Positions 25,137-33,170 of a DNA stretch of 64,000 bases are shown here, one piece after another (the first letter of the stretch is position 1; the number at the start of each line of letters is the position of its first letter). Made by a program: the position numbers and the translations under genes. Source of the stretch: an uncultured bacterium (lineage in GTDB: Bacteria > Fermentibacterota > Fermentibacteria > Fermentibacterales > JCC-6); NCBI GenBank assembly GCA_964604135.1, contig CAZRXU010000001.1, positions 16,535 through 80,534 on the forward strand, given 5' to 3'. The notes below the pieces were generated by a model. That model saw only the letters and a program-made list of their open reading frames with translations. It was not told the DNA's origin and did not search any database.

Positions 25137-26477
25137 CTATTCACTGTCAAGCTCCAAATGTACATTTTCGTTCTCAGTTACCAGCCAGCAGTGTCGATTC
25201 GAATGGAACAGTGTTTTTTTGGCAAAATTTGCTGCCTTGCATCCACCACGGCAGACAGGTAACCACTCGCATTGCCTGCAGTATCCACTAATATCACTGA
25301 TTTGCAGACTGCGAAAGTAATTGAGGAATCTGGAGTATTTCCAGATATAACTAAATTTCTGGTTTTTTACACTGTCTGCAGTTACGCCTTCGAAGTAGTG
25401 GCAGGGAAGCACCTCACCAATTGGGGTAACCGTACAATAGTTAAGTGCACCCCCGCATTCACTCGGTTGTGTTTGGTCAATTCTGTAGTGGGGTGGCTCA
25501 GAGAATGTATGCTCAAATTCAAGGGCTGCAATCTCAAAGGGCCAATTGCCCCTCTGCTGCAGCAGGTATGTGTATACTTCTTTTACTCTTTCAGGGGGAA
25601 GCTCCAGTGTGCTGTTACTCTTACCGCGTCCGTTGGGAATAAACGGAATCAGTCTGAATCTCTTTGCTCCAAGCCGTTGAACCAGTTTCAGCATATTCGG
25701 AATATCATCAACATTATGCATCGAGATTAGAGTTCCTATAGTAATCTCATGTCCTGTTCTGACCAGTATTTCAATACCCCTAATCGCTTGATTAAAAGCT
25801 ATTTCGCTGCCTCTGACTCTTGAATAAATCTCAGAAGTGGATCCATCCAGACTAACCTGGATATTTGCCTGAAGTATTTTCAGCTCATCTGCAATTACTG
25901 GTGTGATGAGAGTACCGTTTGTAGCGAGGCTTATGGCCAGATTATTCCTCCTTGCTGCATAGGCAAGCTGGAAAAAATCTTTGCGAATAAGAGGCTCGCC
26001 TCCGCTGAAGGTGATTTCGCGCACTCGCATGTCTCTCCACTCGTTCAGTAGAGCAAGCCCCTCCTGAGTTGACAATTCATTCTCATGCTTTTTCTCAGCA
26101 GAAACAACGCAGTGAAGGCACCTCAAATTACACTCATTTGTTATTTCCCAGAAGATTGAGTCAGGAGGAGGGGCATCAAACCAGCGCATCTTTTCTTTTT
26201 TTATCCAGAGAAGCCCACTGCTTTCAAAATCATTAACGAAGCTTATTGTACGGGTTCTTATCTCATCCTCAGATGACATAAAGAGATTACATAGTTTAGC
26301 TATGATCTCTTCAAGAGACCTGCTGCCGTTGCTCAATTTAAGCAGACATGCTGCAGCCGCATTTATTTCAATATTTTCTTCACTGTAGGGCGATAGGATT
26401 CTAACTTGTTCATCTCTCCCGTGAATCATCTTGAATGGAAAGAAGGGGTAGCACATTAAACACCTCCGATAGGGCAC
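25137..26477 (-). CDS. Radical SAM/SPASM-domain peptide-modifying enzyme with N-terminal PqqD-like RiPP recognition element
   Basis: CNLRCLHC CxxxCxxC radical SAM cluster motif at aa 116-123. GGEP-like FSGGEPL. C-terminal Cys-rich SPASM region (CGGALNYC...PCHY...GYCRQCEWLPVCRGGCKA). Residues ~30-90 (INAAAACLLKLSNGSRSLEEIIAKL...VNDFESSGLLW) match the PqqD/RRE pattern. GTG start. Confidence 0.85.
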   Translation of the reverse strand: MPYRRCLMCYPFFPFKMIHGRDEQVRILSPYSEENIEINAAAACLLKLSNGSRSLEEIIAKLCNLFMSSEDEIRTRTISFVNDFESSGLLWIKKEKMRWFDAPPPDSIFWEITNECNLRCLHCVVSAEKKHENELSTQEGLALLNEWRDMRVREITFSGGEPLIRKDFFQLAYAARRNNLAISLATNGTLITPVIADELKILQANIQVSLDGSTSEIYSRVRGSEIAFNQAIRGIEILVRTGHEITIGTLISMHNVDDIPNMLKLVQRLGAKRFRLIPFIPNGRGKSNSTLELPPERVKEVYTYLLQQRGNWPFEIAALEFEHTFSEPPHYRIDQTQPSECGGALNYCTVTPIGEVLPCHYFEGVTADSVKNQKFSYIWKYSRFLNYFRSLQISDISGYCRQCEWLPVCRGGCKAANFAKKTLFHSNRHCWLVTENENVHLELDSE

Positions 26478-26530
26478 TAAAACCTATATTTACGTGTCTG
26501 GATTGATGATGCGAGTATTGTCGGGGAAAC

Positions 26531-26570
26531 GGAGATTGTATCCCAGCAGAATTACAGGGATACAATCTCT
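26531..26570 (-). promoter_or_regulatory. Strong 13-14 bp inverted repeat (hairpin) in the astacin-rSAM intergenic spacer
   Basis: GGAGATTGTATCCC-agcagaattaca-GGGATACAATCTCT. No T-run follows on either strand. Likely an mRNA processing/stability element or intra-operon attenuator. Confidence 0.4.
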
Positions 26571-26657
26571 GAATCACTACAAGAGAGGAAGCTTGTTCAG
26601 GATGCTTCAACAGGCAGATTGCTCAGCTGCATGACTGAAGATCAGAAAACAGTCTTC

Positions 26658-28124
26658 TTATCTTGGATTGAAACCTCCATATCTACGGGTTCCCTCGCAT
26701 CCGCAATCCTCATTTGGATCGGCAAACTCGGTTGCTCTCCAGTTTGGATTGTAACCGTATCCCATGGGTGCAGGAGGAGCATATCCGTAGTCCATCGGAG
26801 CAGGAGGGGCATACCCGTAGCCCATGGGTGCAGGAGGGGCATACCCGTAGCCCATGGGTGCAGGAGGAGCATATCCGTAGCCCATGGGTGCAGGAGGGGC
26901 ATACCCGTAGCCCATGGGAGCAGGAGGGGCATATCCGTAGTCCATCGGTGCAGGAGGGGCATATCTGTAGCCATAACCGGGCATTCTGGAGCCAGCAAAC
27001 CTGTGACCTCTACTGAAGTAATTAGGTCGTACCTCAGGATAAACCCGGTGTCTCCATATCTCAGGTTTCATGTACGGTCCAGCCATACATCCAACTGTTG
27101 GTGCTGCCGCACAGAAAATTGGTGCAGGGGGACATCTGAGCAATGGAGCAGGGGGACATCTGTGTATCGGTGCAGGGTAACATATGGGTATCGGTGCAGG
27201 GGGACACCTGTGTATCGGTGCTGGGTAACATATGGGTATCGGTGCAGGGGGACACCTGTGTATCGGTGCAGCCATACACTGCATCACCGGTCCACCGGGA
27301 CAAACAAGTTGTGGGGGACAGAAAGTGGCAATTGCGGCGATATCACCTGCACTCAATCCGGTTCTTTGACCAATAACAGCTGTGGAGTCTGTAGGTGTAA
27401 TTGTGTCAGTGCCATCAATAGAGAAGGCCGCACGCCCGTAGTGCATAACCGAGCCGTAGTCATATGCTCCGATATCATCACCATCGGTGATATGCTGGTT
27501 GAAATTGTGTTCTCGTCCGGGAATAATCTTTGCCCAGTTGATTGTGACGAACGCATTTCGATCCTCGCGGCTGTGCTCGTGCCACAAACCAAAAGCATGA
27601 CCTATTTCGTGTATTGTGTTTCCTGTTGAGCACCCACCGGCAAGTGTGATAAACTGCTCACCCCCTTGGCGGCCTACCCAGGAGCTGCAGCCGTTGCCGG
27701 GTCTGAAGGTAACAAAATCGGGGTACTGTGCTGCATTTGCAGCAGTTCTAAGAATAAAGTTAACCTGGGTATTTGCTACCCAATGGGAAATAGCATCAGT
27801 TACTCGAGTTTGATTTGGAAGAGCGTTGTCAATTGTGTAGGGAATGAGACAGTTTGGCCATCTGTAATTGTCACCGGTGATTGCAACACCATTAGCAATT
27901 TCACCACGCATCTCCTGGCGGCGGATTTCTGTTTTTCGCTCAACCTCCTCGGCAGTGCCGAGAACAATATCTCCTTCGAAGATCGCAAGTCCGTCAACTA
28001 CGGTGTATTGAACTTCCTTTGAGTAGAAAGTAGCACCGTCAATGAATGCTGTGAGCACCACATCGGAGCTGTATTGCTCCCCATAGTCTTTAACTGTGTT
28101 TTTTCCTCTTTTCTTCTCAACCAT
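26658..28124 (-). CDS. Astacin-family (M12A) zinc metalloprotease with no signal peptide, fused to a 220 aa Cys/Pro-rich and Tyr-Gly-rich tandem-repeat tail
   Basis: Extended astacin zinc-binding motif HEIGHAFGLWHEHSREDRN (HExxHxxGxxHExxRxDRD) at aa 172-190. Mature-N-terminus-like RWPNCLIPYTID. Met-turn SVMHY. Tail: three CPPAPIPICYPAPIHR repeats, then seven GYGYAPPAPM repeats. Strong GGAGG RBS. Confidence 0.88.
   Translation of the reverse strand: MVEKKRGKNTVKDYGEQYSSDVVLTAFIDGATFYSKEVQYTVVDGLAIFEGDIVLGTAEEVERKTEIRRQEMRGEIANGVAITGDNYRWPNCLIPYTIDNALPNQTRVTDAISHWVANTQVNFILRTAANAAQYPDFVTFRPGNGCSSWVGRQGGEQFITLAGGCSTGNTIHEIGHAFGLWHEHSREDRNAFVTINWAKIIPGREHNFNQHITDGDDIGAYDYGSVMHYGRAAFSIDGTDTITPTDSTAVIGQRTGLSAGDIAAIATFCPPQLVCPGGPVMQCMAAPIHRCPPAPIPICYPAPIHRCPPAPIPICYPAPIHRCPPAPLLRCPPAPIFCAAAPTVGCMAGPYMKPEIWRHRVYPEVRPNYFSRGHRFAGSRMPGYGYRYAPPAPMDYGYAPPAPMGYGYAPPAPMGYGYAPPAPMGYGYAPPAPMGYGYAPPAPMDYGYAPPAPMGYGYNPNWRATEFADPNEDCGCEGTRRYGGFNPR
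26757..26967. repeat. Tandem 30 nt DNA repeat (~7 copies) encoding the GYGYAPPAPM repeats of the astacin tail
   Basis: Unit CCCATGGGTGCAGGAGGGGCATACCCGTAG repeated head-to-tail with a few substitutions. In frame within the minus-strand CDS. Confidence 0.9.
27120..27290. repeat. Tandem ~48 nt DNA repeat (~3 copies) encoding the CPPAPIPICYPAPIHR repeats of the astacin tail
   Basis: Unit GGTGCAGGGGGACACCTGTGTATCGGTGC(A/T)GGGTAACATATGGGTATC repeated. Confidence 0.85.
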
Positions 28125-28641
28125 TGCCTCTCCTCCCGTTGAAACAGTCTTCGTTTCGTATGGATTACAAACTACCTGCAGGGCAAAAACACGGCTCTCG
28201 CACTTTCCGAACTGTCTCCATCTATCACCTCCATTCGAGTCAATAACAGTTCTTCTCTGGTATCAATTTCCAAGAATAGTTAAATCACAGTATATAGTAT
28301 ATTGAAAGCTGCTAAAATGCCTAATCACAGACATAAAATATACAATTATTCCGGCGAAATAACATATTACCATAAAAGAGACTCATAATACGAGTAACCT
28401 CCAAGTTGCTATGAAATTCAACACAAAAATACCAGGAGTGTATCTGACAATCAGTACTGTGCAGTTACGCCACAGGATTGAATAAGAAATCGTCCGGATT
28501 TGAAGAGAGAGTAACAGATGCAACAGTGGGGACATACTGAGGAATAATACGAAATAGCAACGTAATATGATGATATACGATATTGAAGCCGATTATGTAA
28601 CTGCAAATACCAGTACTTCAGCTTCCAATGTACGTTAGATA

Positions 28642-29691
28642 TCAGATGTGCCCGGACTCAAGGAGTTTTTCGAAGCCCGTGAAAACCATTTCCGGTGTAA
28701 TGCCAAAGGTGTTGTCTTCGTATTTTTCAAGACTGCTTGCAAGATAGATGTGTTGGGGCATATGCCAGGCAACCCATTTCAAGGGGTTGGTTCCAGGGCC
28801 GAATACGGTTACGGTAGGTGTTCCCACTGCAACTGCCAGGTGGTGAACACCTCCGTTGTTTCCAATGTAGACCCTGGCGTGTTTAAGCATGGCAGCTGCT
28901 TCATTGAAAGTTGTGGGAGGAGTTATCAACGGCCTGCTTTTCATCATAGAGGCCATGTGTTCAACCTTTTTCTTTTCTCCTGGTCCCCAGAGCAGAACAA
29001 CGGTAAACCCTTGCTTTTCAATAAGCATATCTGCGACAGCTGCGAAACTGCCGAAGTTCCACTGCCTGCTTCTGATTGGAGTTACAGGAGAGAACACGGC
29101 AATGCCTTTGTCAGATATACTCTTTTTATTAAGCCAGTTCTGTATTCTGTTTTCAGACTCTGGAAGCACGTGAATGTATGTGTTGTGCGGGATCTCCTGT
29201 ATTCCAAGGGGGTGCAGCAACCCGAACTTTGCTCTGGCAGAATAGATGTTGTGGTCTTTTAACTCACGGTAGTTGTAAACCCAGTTGTGTCCCTTGAACC
29301 AGCTCCATTTCTTTGTTTTGTGCCAGCCGATACGAATTCCAGCACCACTGAACAAGGTGATCTCGGCAGCACCCGGGCCGCGAGCCTGGTCTATTACAAC
29401 ATCGTAGTGCTGTCTGCGGATATTTGAGATAAGATGGAATCTGTCAATTGTGTAAGCCAGTGTTCCAGTCTTGAGCTTGTTCATCACAACAATGTTGTCA
29501 ACACAGGCATTGTTCTCAAGTATGGTTGCGTAGGGTTTTTGAACCAGATAATCAATAACAGCATCAGGGAAAGCCGCTCTCAGCGCAGGAAGGTAGCCTG
29601 TGTTAAGAAGAACATCTCCGAACGGTTTGTACTGAATAATCAGTATCTTGCTTATCTTCAGCAATCTGCAATGAGGAATGAGTTTGTTCAC
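28642..29691 (-). CDS. Glycosyltransferase family 9 (ADP-heptose:LPS heptosyltransferase-like)
   Basis: N-terminal ILIIQYKPFGDVLLNTGYLPAL and C-terminal GNNGGVHHLAVAVGTPTVTVFGPGTNPLKW are classic GT9 motifs. Confidence 0.85.
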   Translation of the reverse strand: MNKLIPHCRLLKISKILIIQYKPFGDVLLNTGYLPALRAAFPDAVIDYLVQKPYATILENNACVDNIVVMNKLKTGTLAYTIDRFHLISNIRRQHYDVVIDQARGPGAAEITLFSGAGIRIGWHKTKKWSWFKGHNWVYNYRELKDHNIYSARAKFGLLHPLGIQEIPHNTYIHVLPESENRIQNWLNKKSISDKGIAVFSPVTPIRSRQWNFGSFAAVADMLIEKQGFTVVLLWGPGEKKKVEHMASMMKSRPLITPPTTFNEAAAMLKHARVYIGNNGGVHHLAVAVGTPTVTVFGPGTNPLKWVAWHMPQHIYLASSLEKYEDNTFGITPEMVFTGFEKLLESGHI

Positions 29692-30083
29692 TTGAGATTC
29701 AGTCCGTAATTTGTGTACTGCTTTTCTTCCACAACACGGGACTTGTACCGGGTGTTTATCTGCTTTTTCAGTGCAGCCCGTCTGTCGTTGTCGAAGTAAA
29801 CATTTCTTGCAAGTGCAATGAATTTTGCATCAAACCGCTTCTCTGCTTCAAGTCTCCGTATGTTGTCTTCTGTTTCCCATATACGCAGGTTTATTTTCTT
29901 TAATTCCAGAAAAACATCCGAGCGATTTGACAGATTGAGTTCTTTCATGTTCTCCAGCAGAAGGCTGTATTCCACCTGCACGTTGGCCAGCTTTTCTGAA
30001 TCCACTATTTTTTCAAGTTTTATTTCAAGAATAGTAATTTTGTCTACCAGTTCTCCCACGGAAACCTCTATTTTCATCTGCAT
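29688..30083 (-). CDS. Hypothetical coiled-coil protein
   Basis: 131 aa. Heptad-like charged repeats. 4 nt overlap with the downstream GT9 gene. No motif recognised. Confidence 0.45.
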   Translation of the reverse strand: MQMKIEVSVGELVDKITILEIKLEKIVDSEKLANVQVEYSLLLENMKELNLSNRSDVFLELKKINLRIWETEDNIRRLEAEKRFDAKFIALARNVYFDNDRRAALKKQINTRYKSRVVEEKQYTNYGLNLK

Positions 30084-30256
30084 TTCTCCAGTGCGTACAT
30101 GTTAATAAAGTATATCCCTGCAGGCAAATATAACACGGAGCAACAGGTGCTGCGTTTCTTGCAAAAACACGGGCATGTAGTTATAATTCATGCTGGATCC
30201 CATGTCACTGTATTTTGTAACATTCTTTAACGCAATAAGATATACTGGAGCATCTG

Positions 30257-31015
30257 ATGAAGGCAGTCATTATAGCGGCAGGATCAGGCTCTCGTCTTGA
30301 GTCTCGGCACAATGGCATTCCAAAGACACTTCTGAAAATTGGGAAAGACAGAATAGTAGATATTATTCTTAGTTCCATACAACAGTCTGGAATTACGGAT
30401 GTGGTTGTGGTTACAGGCTATAAGGCGCAGATTCTGGAAGACCATCTTACCTCTTCAGCACCGGAATCTCTTAGTATTCAATTCTGCCGCAACCCGTTGT
30501 GGAATCTTTCAAACGGTGTTTCAGTTCTAGCTGCAGAACAGGCAGTAGAGCCTGGTGAAGAGTTTGTTCTTCTTATGAGCGATCACATATTTCAGCCTGA
30601 AATGCTGAAAATAACAGCTGATACACCTCTGGAACACAACAAGGCAGTTCTTGCCGTCGATTTTAAGCTAAACGAAATTCCGGATATCGATGACGGGATG
30701 AAGGTAAAATGTGAAATAGCTGATTCCGGCAGATACCGAATAACCAGTCTGGACAAAAAGTTCACCGACTACCAGGCAGTAGATTGCGGTATGTTTAAAC
30801 TCAACTATGGTTTTTTCGATGTACTGAAACAGTCTATTCACGATGGAAAAGATTCCCTCTCGGATGCCTGCAATGTGTATGCCCTGTTGGGTAACATGAT
30901 CGGTATCGATATAGGGGATCTGCGGTGGATTGACCTGGATACACCAGAGATGTTCGGCTTTAATGATCTAATAGACAGAATTACTGCCCATATGAGAGGC
31001 GACAGTATCCGGTGA
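30257..31015 (+). CDS. LicC/IspD-like nucleotidyltransferase (probable CDP-alcohol donor synthesis)
   Basis: MKAVIIAAGSGSRLESRHNGIPKTLLKIGKDRIVDIILSSIQQSGITDVVVVTGYKAQ resembles LicC-type CTP:phospho-alcohol cytidylyltransferases. Located immediately upstream of three TagF-like genes. Confidence 0.7.
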   Translation: MKAVIIAAGSGSRLESRHNGIPKTLLKIGKDRIVDIILSSIQQSGITDVVVVTGYKAQILEDHLTSSAPESLSIQFCRNPLWNLSNGVSVLAAEQAVEPGEEFVLLMSDHIFQPEMLKITADTPLEHNKAVLAVDFKLNEIPDIDDGMKVKCEIADSGRYRITSLDKKFTDYQAVDCGMFKLNYGFFDVLKQSIHDGKDSLSDACNVYALLGNMIGIDIGDLRWIDLDTPEMFGFNDLIDRITAHMRGDSIR

Positions 31016-32073
31016 ACACTTACTATTTCGCAAATCAAATCTACCAGTTGTCTTATGCGTGGCCGATATTCAACCGTATAGGCGGGGAGTTCATTGTAAG
31101 AAAGTACAAAACACTTCTTAAGTTCAAAAGATTCCTCAGAGGCAGCGTTAAGAGCGGCAGCGGTGCATTCCTTGGAACACCTGTAGTGAAGCGAAGGAAG
31201 CTTCGTTATGTTTCCGACTTAACAGGTGTTGTTCTTTCCCAATCCAATGCATGGGTGCGTAATGACACAGACAAGTCGAGAAGCATTTTCATTGGTCACG
31301 GCACAGGAGACAAGAAGTACGGGGGAAAGGCACACACACTTCTGAACTATCAGTATGTTTTTGTTTCCGGCCCCAAACACATGGAAAAGTTCAAAGACAG
31401 CGATCTGATATTTCCGGAAAGCAGTCTGGTGAAAATAGGGAATCTCAGGTTTGATGACTACGTAAATGGTAAACTGGACAAAAATGCAATCATGAACAGA
31501 ATGGGTGTTCCAGAAACAGACAGGGCAAGAAAAACTGTTCTGTATGCTCCTACATGGGAATGGGGCAACGGAACGCTCGAGAAGTATGCAAAACCATTCA
31601 TGAAGCAGATAACCCAAGAACACAACCTCATTATCAGACCACATCACTTCGATTCCCACAGGGTGCCAAAGTTGAAACTATGGGCAAAACTCAACGGAAT
31701 AAAAAGGGTTTACTTTTCCAATTCCAACAGAATTGCTGTTAGCGATACAATGCATGATTTTGCGGTGTCAGATATTCTTATCAGTGATACCTCTTCTGTG
31801 TTGTACGAGTATCTTATCACAGGGAAGCCAATAGTTATTGCAAACACAGATTTTTCAGGTCTGCACAACATGCCGGACACCATGAATGTAATGAAAATTG
31901 CAGACTTTTTTCGCGGTTCAGAGAAGATTCTGGATGTTGTAAACAGAAACCTGGCGTCAGACACTTCAAAGTATCTGGAAATGCTTCACAACTGCTTCTA
32001 TTTCAACGACGGAAAGTCGGTTGACAGGGCGGTGGAGTTTATAAACGGCGTAGCAGGTGAACTGAAACAATGA
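31012..32073 (+). CDS. CDP-glycerol glycerophosphotransferase (TagF family), paralog 2
   Basis: VLYAPTWEWGNG ... ISDTSSVLYEYLITGKPIVIAN. 4 nt overlap with the upstream gene. Confidence 0.85.
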   Translation: MNTYYFANQIYQLSYAWPIFNRIGGEFIVRKYKTLLKFKRFLRGSVKSGSGAFLGTPVVKRRKLRYVSDLTGVVLSQSNAWVRNDTDKSRSIFIGHGTGDKKYGGKAHTLLNYQYVFVSGPKHMEKFKDSDLIFPESSLVKIGNLRFDDYVNGKLDKNAIMNRMGVPETDRARKTVLYAPTWEWGNGTLEKYAKPFMKQITQEHNLIIRPHHFDSHRVPKLKLWAKLNGIKRVYFSNSNRIAVSDTMHDFAVSDILISDTSSVLYEYLITGKPIVIANTDFSGLHNMPDTMNVMKIADFFRGSEKILDVVNRNLASDTSKYLEMLHNCFYFNDGKSVDRAVEFINGVAGELKQ

Positions 32074-33170
32074 AGAGGATTCTTTTTGATCTGAAGAAGC
32101 AGTATTACTTCAATTCACTTTACCCCCTTTACAGAGTTATGAAGCAGGATCCCCGGTACGATCTGTGGATCAGAGCGGGGAAAGACCAGCACCGGTTTCT
32201 AGGCATGTTTATGATTTCAAACAGGTCAAGAATTCAGGATGAACTTCGTTCCAGAGGGTTTCAGGTAACAGATAGAACCTCTGGGTTTGACGGGGTCGTC
32301 TGCGGAGATGCATTAAAGAAACCTGAAAAATACGGCGATGTTCCGAAGTTTCACCTCGACCACGGAGTGGGAATAAAAACACTTCGTATCAGAAACATTG
32401 TCAGACAGAAAAACGCAAGGTATCATGTTTTCCTTGAGGGGCAGTACTGGTACGATTACATAAGGAGTCTGGGGTACGAAAACAAAGCCGATTTTTATGT
32501 TACAGGTCTGCCGAAGCTCGATCCGTTTTTTCAGTCGGGTTACTACGACAATCAAGCGCTGATAACAAGGTTGGGGCTGGATCCAGGCAAAAAAACTGTA
32601 CTATTCGCACCATCGTACAAACCAAGCTGTATTGATCACATAGGAGGCAGCATTATAAAGCTGTTGCCGGAGTACAATCTGTTGGTTAAGCTTCATCCCT
32701 ATTCATGGGGAGGGAAGTATGCACCACATTCTCAGCATAGACTATATCAGGAACTGGCCGGGAAGCACAGAGAGGTGTTTCTTGTCCCATCTGAGGAATA
32801 CGATGTATATCCCTACCTGTTTCTTGCAGATACACTTATAAGTGACACTTCCAGTGTCGTAAACGAATTTCTTGCGCTGGGAAAACACGGTATTATCTAC
32901 CAGCTGCCTCAGGGTAACCCCAGGCATTCAGACGGTATGCCGGTTCTTTCAATAGCCCCTGAAGATTGGCTCAAGGATGCCTTCCCGCATGTATCCCGTC
33001 CTGATCAGCTTGAAGATGCAGTAGAGGCCGCTGTTTTTCCCACACATGCCATGAAGCAGAAACTTGAAGAATACAGGAGGTACTTCTTTACAGGGCTAGA
33101 TGGAAAGGCTTCCGAAAGGGTAAAACACTGTATAGATTCTGTTCTGCTGGAGAAGAGTCAGCATGCCTGA
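32070..33170 (+). CDS. CDP-glycerol glycerophosphotransferase (TagF family), paralog 3
   Basis: VLFAPSYKPS ... LISDTSSVVNEFLALGKHGIIY. 4 nt overlap with the upstream gene. Confidence 0.82.
   Translation: MKRILFDLKKQYYFNSLYPLYRVMKQDPRYDLWIRAGKDQHRFLGMFMISNRSRIQDELRSRGFQVTDRTSGFDGVVCGDALKKPEKYGDVPKFHLDHGVGIKTLRIRNIVRQKNARYHVFLEGQYWYDYIRSLGYENKADFYVTGLPKLDPFFQSGYYDNQALITRLGLDPGKKTVLFAPSYKPSCIDHIGGSIIKLLPEYNLLVKLHPYSWGGKYAPHSQHRLYQELAGKHREVFLVPSEEYDVYPYLFLADTLISDTSSVVNEFLALGKHGIIYQLPQGNPRHSDGMPVLSIAPEDWLKDAFPHVSRPDQLEDAVEAAVFPTHAMKQKLEEYRRYFFTGLDGKASERVKHCIDSVLLEKSQHA

Noticed and set aside
25137-26477. Radical SAM enzyme as an anaerobic sulfatase-maturing enzyme for the nearby sulfatase-family gene
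   Set aside because: It has an N-terminal PqqD-like RRE that anSMEs lack. The sulfatase-family protein at 37945 lacks a CxPxR motif. The tail repeats (CPPAP) do not match CxPxR either.
26410-26610. 66 aa minus-strand ORF between the astacin and rSAM genes as a RiPP precursor
   Set aside because: It starts with TTG, overlaps the rSAM N-terminus out of frame and runs through the 14 bp hairpin. The composition is not precursor-like, so it is most likely spurious. A micro-ORF precursor elsewhere cannot be excluded (see findings).
26757-26967. Possible CRISPR array suggested by 30 nt tandem repeats
   Set aside because: The repeats are contiguous with no spacers, lie in frame within a CDS and encode GYGYAPPAPM. 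No cas genes are present.
26619-27629. Plus-strand 336 aa ORF with repetitive HGCRRGIPVA units
   Set aside because: It is the antisense reading of the astacin tail repeats. The minus strand carries an unambiguous astacin zinc motif and a continuous CDS, so the plus ORF is a repeat-driven artefact.
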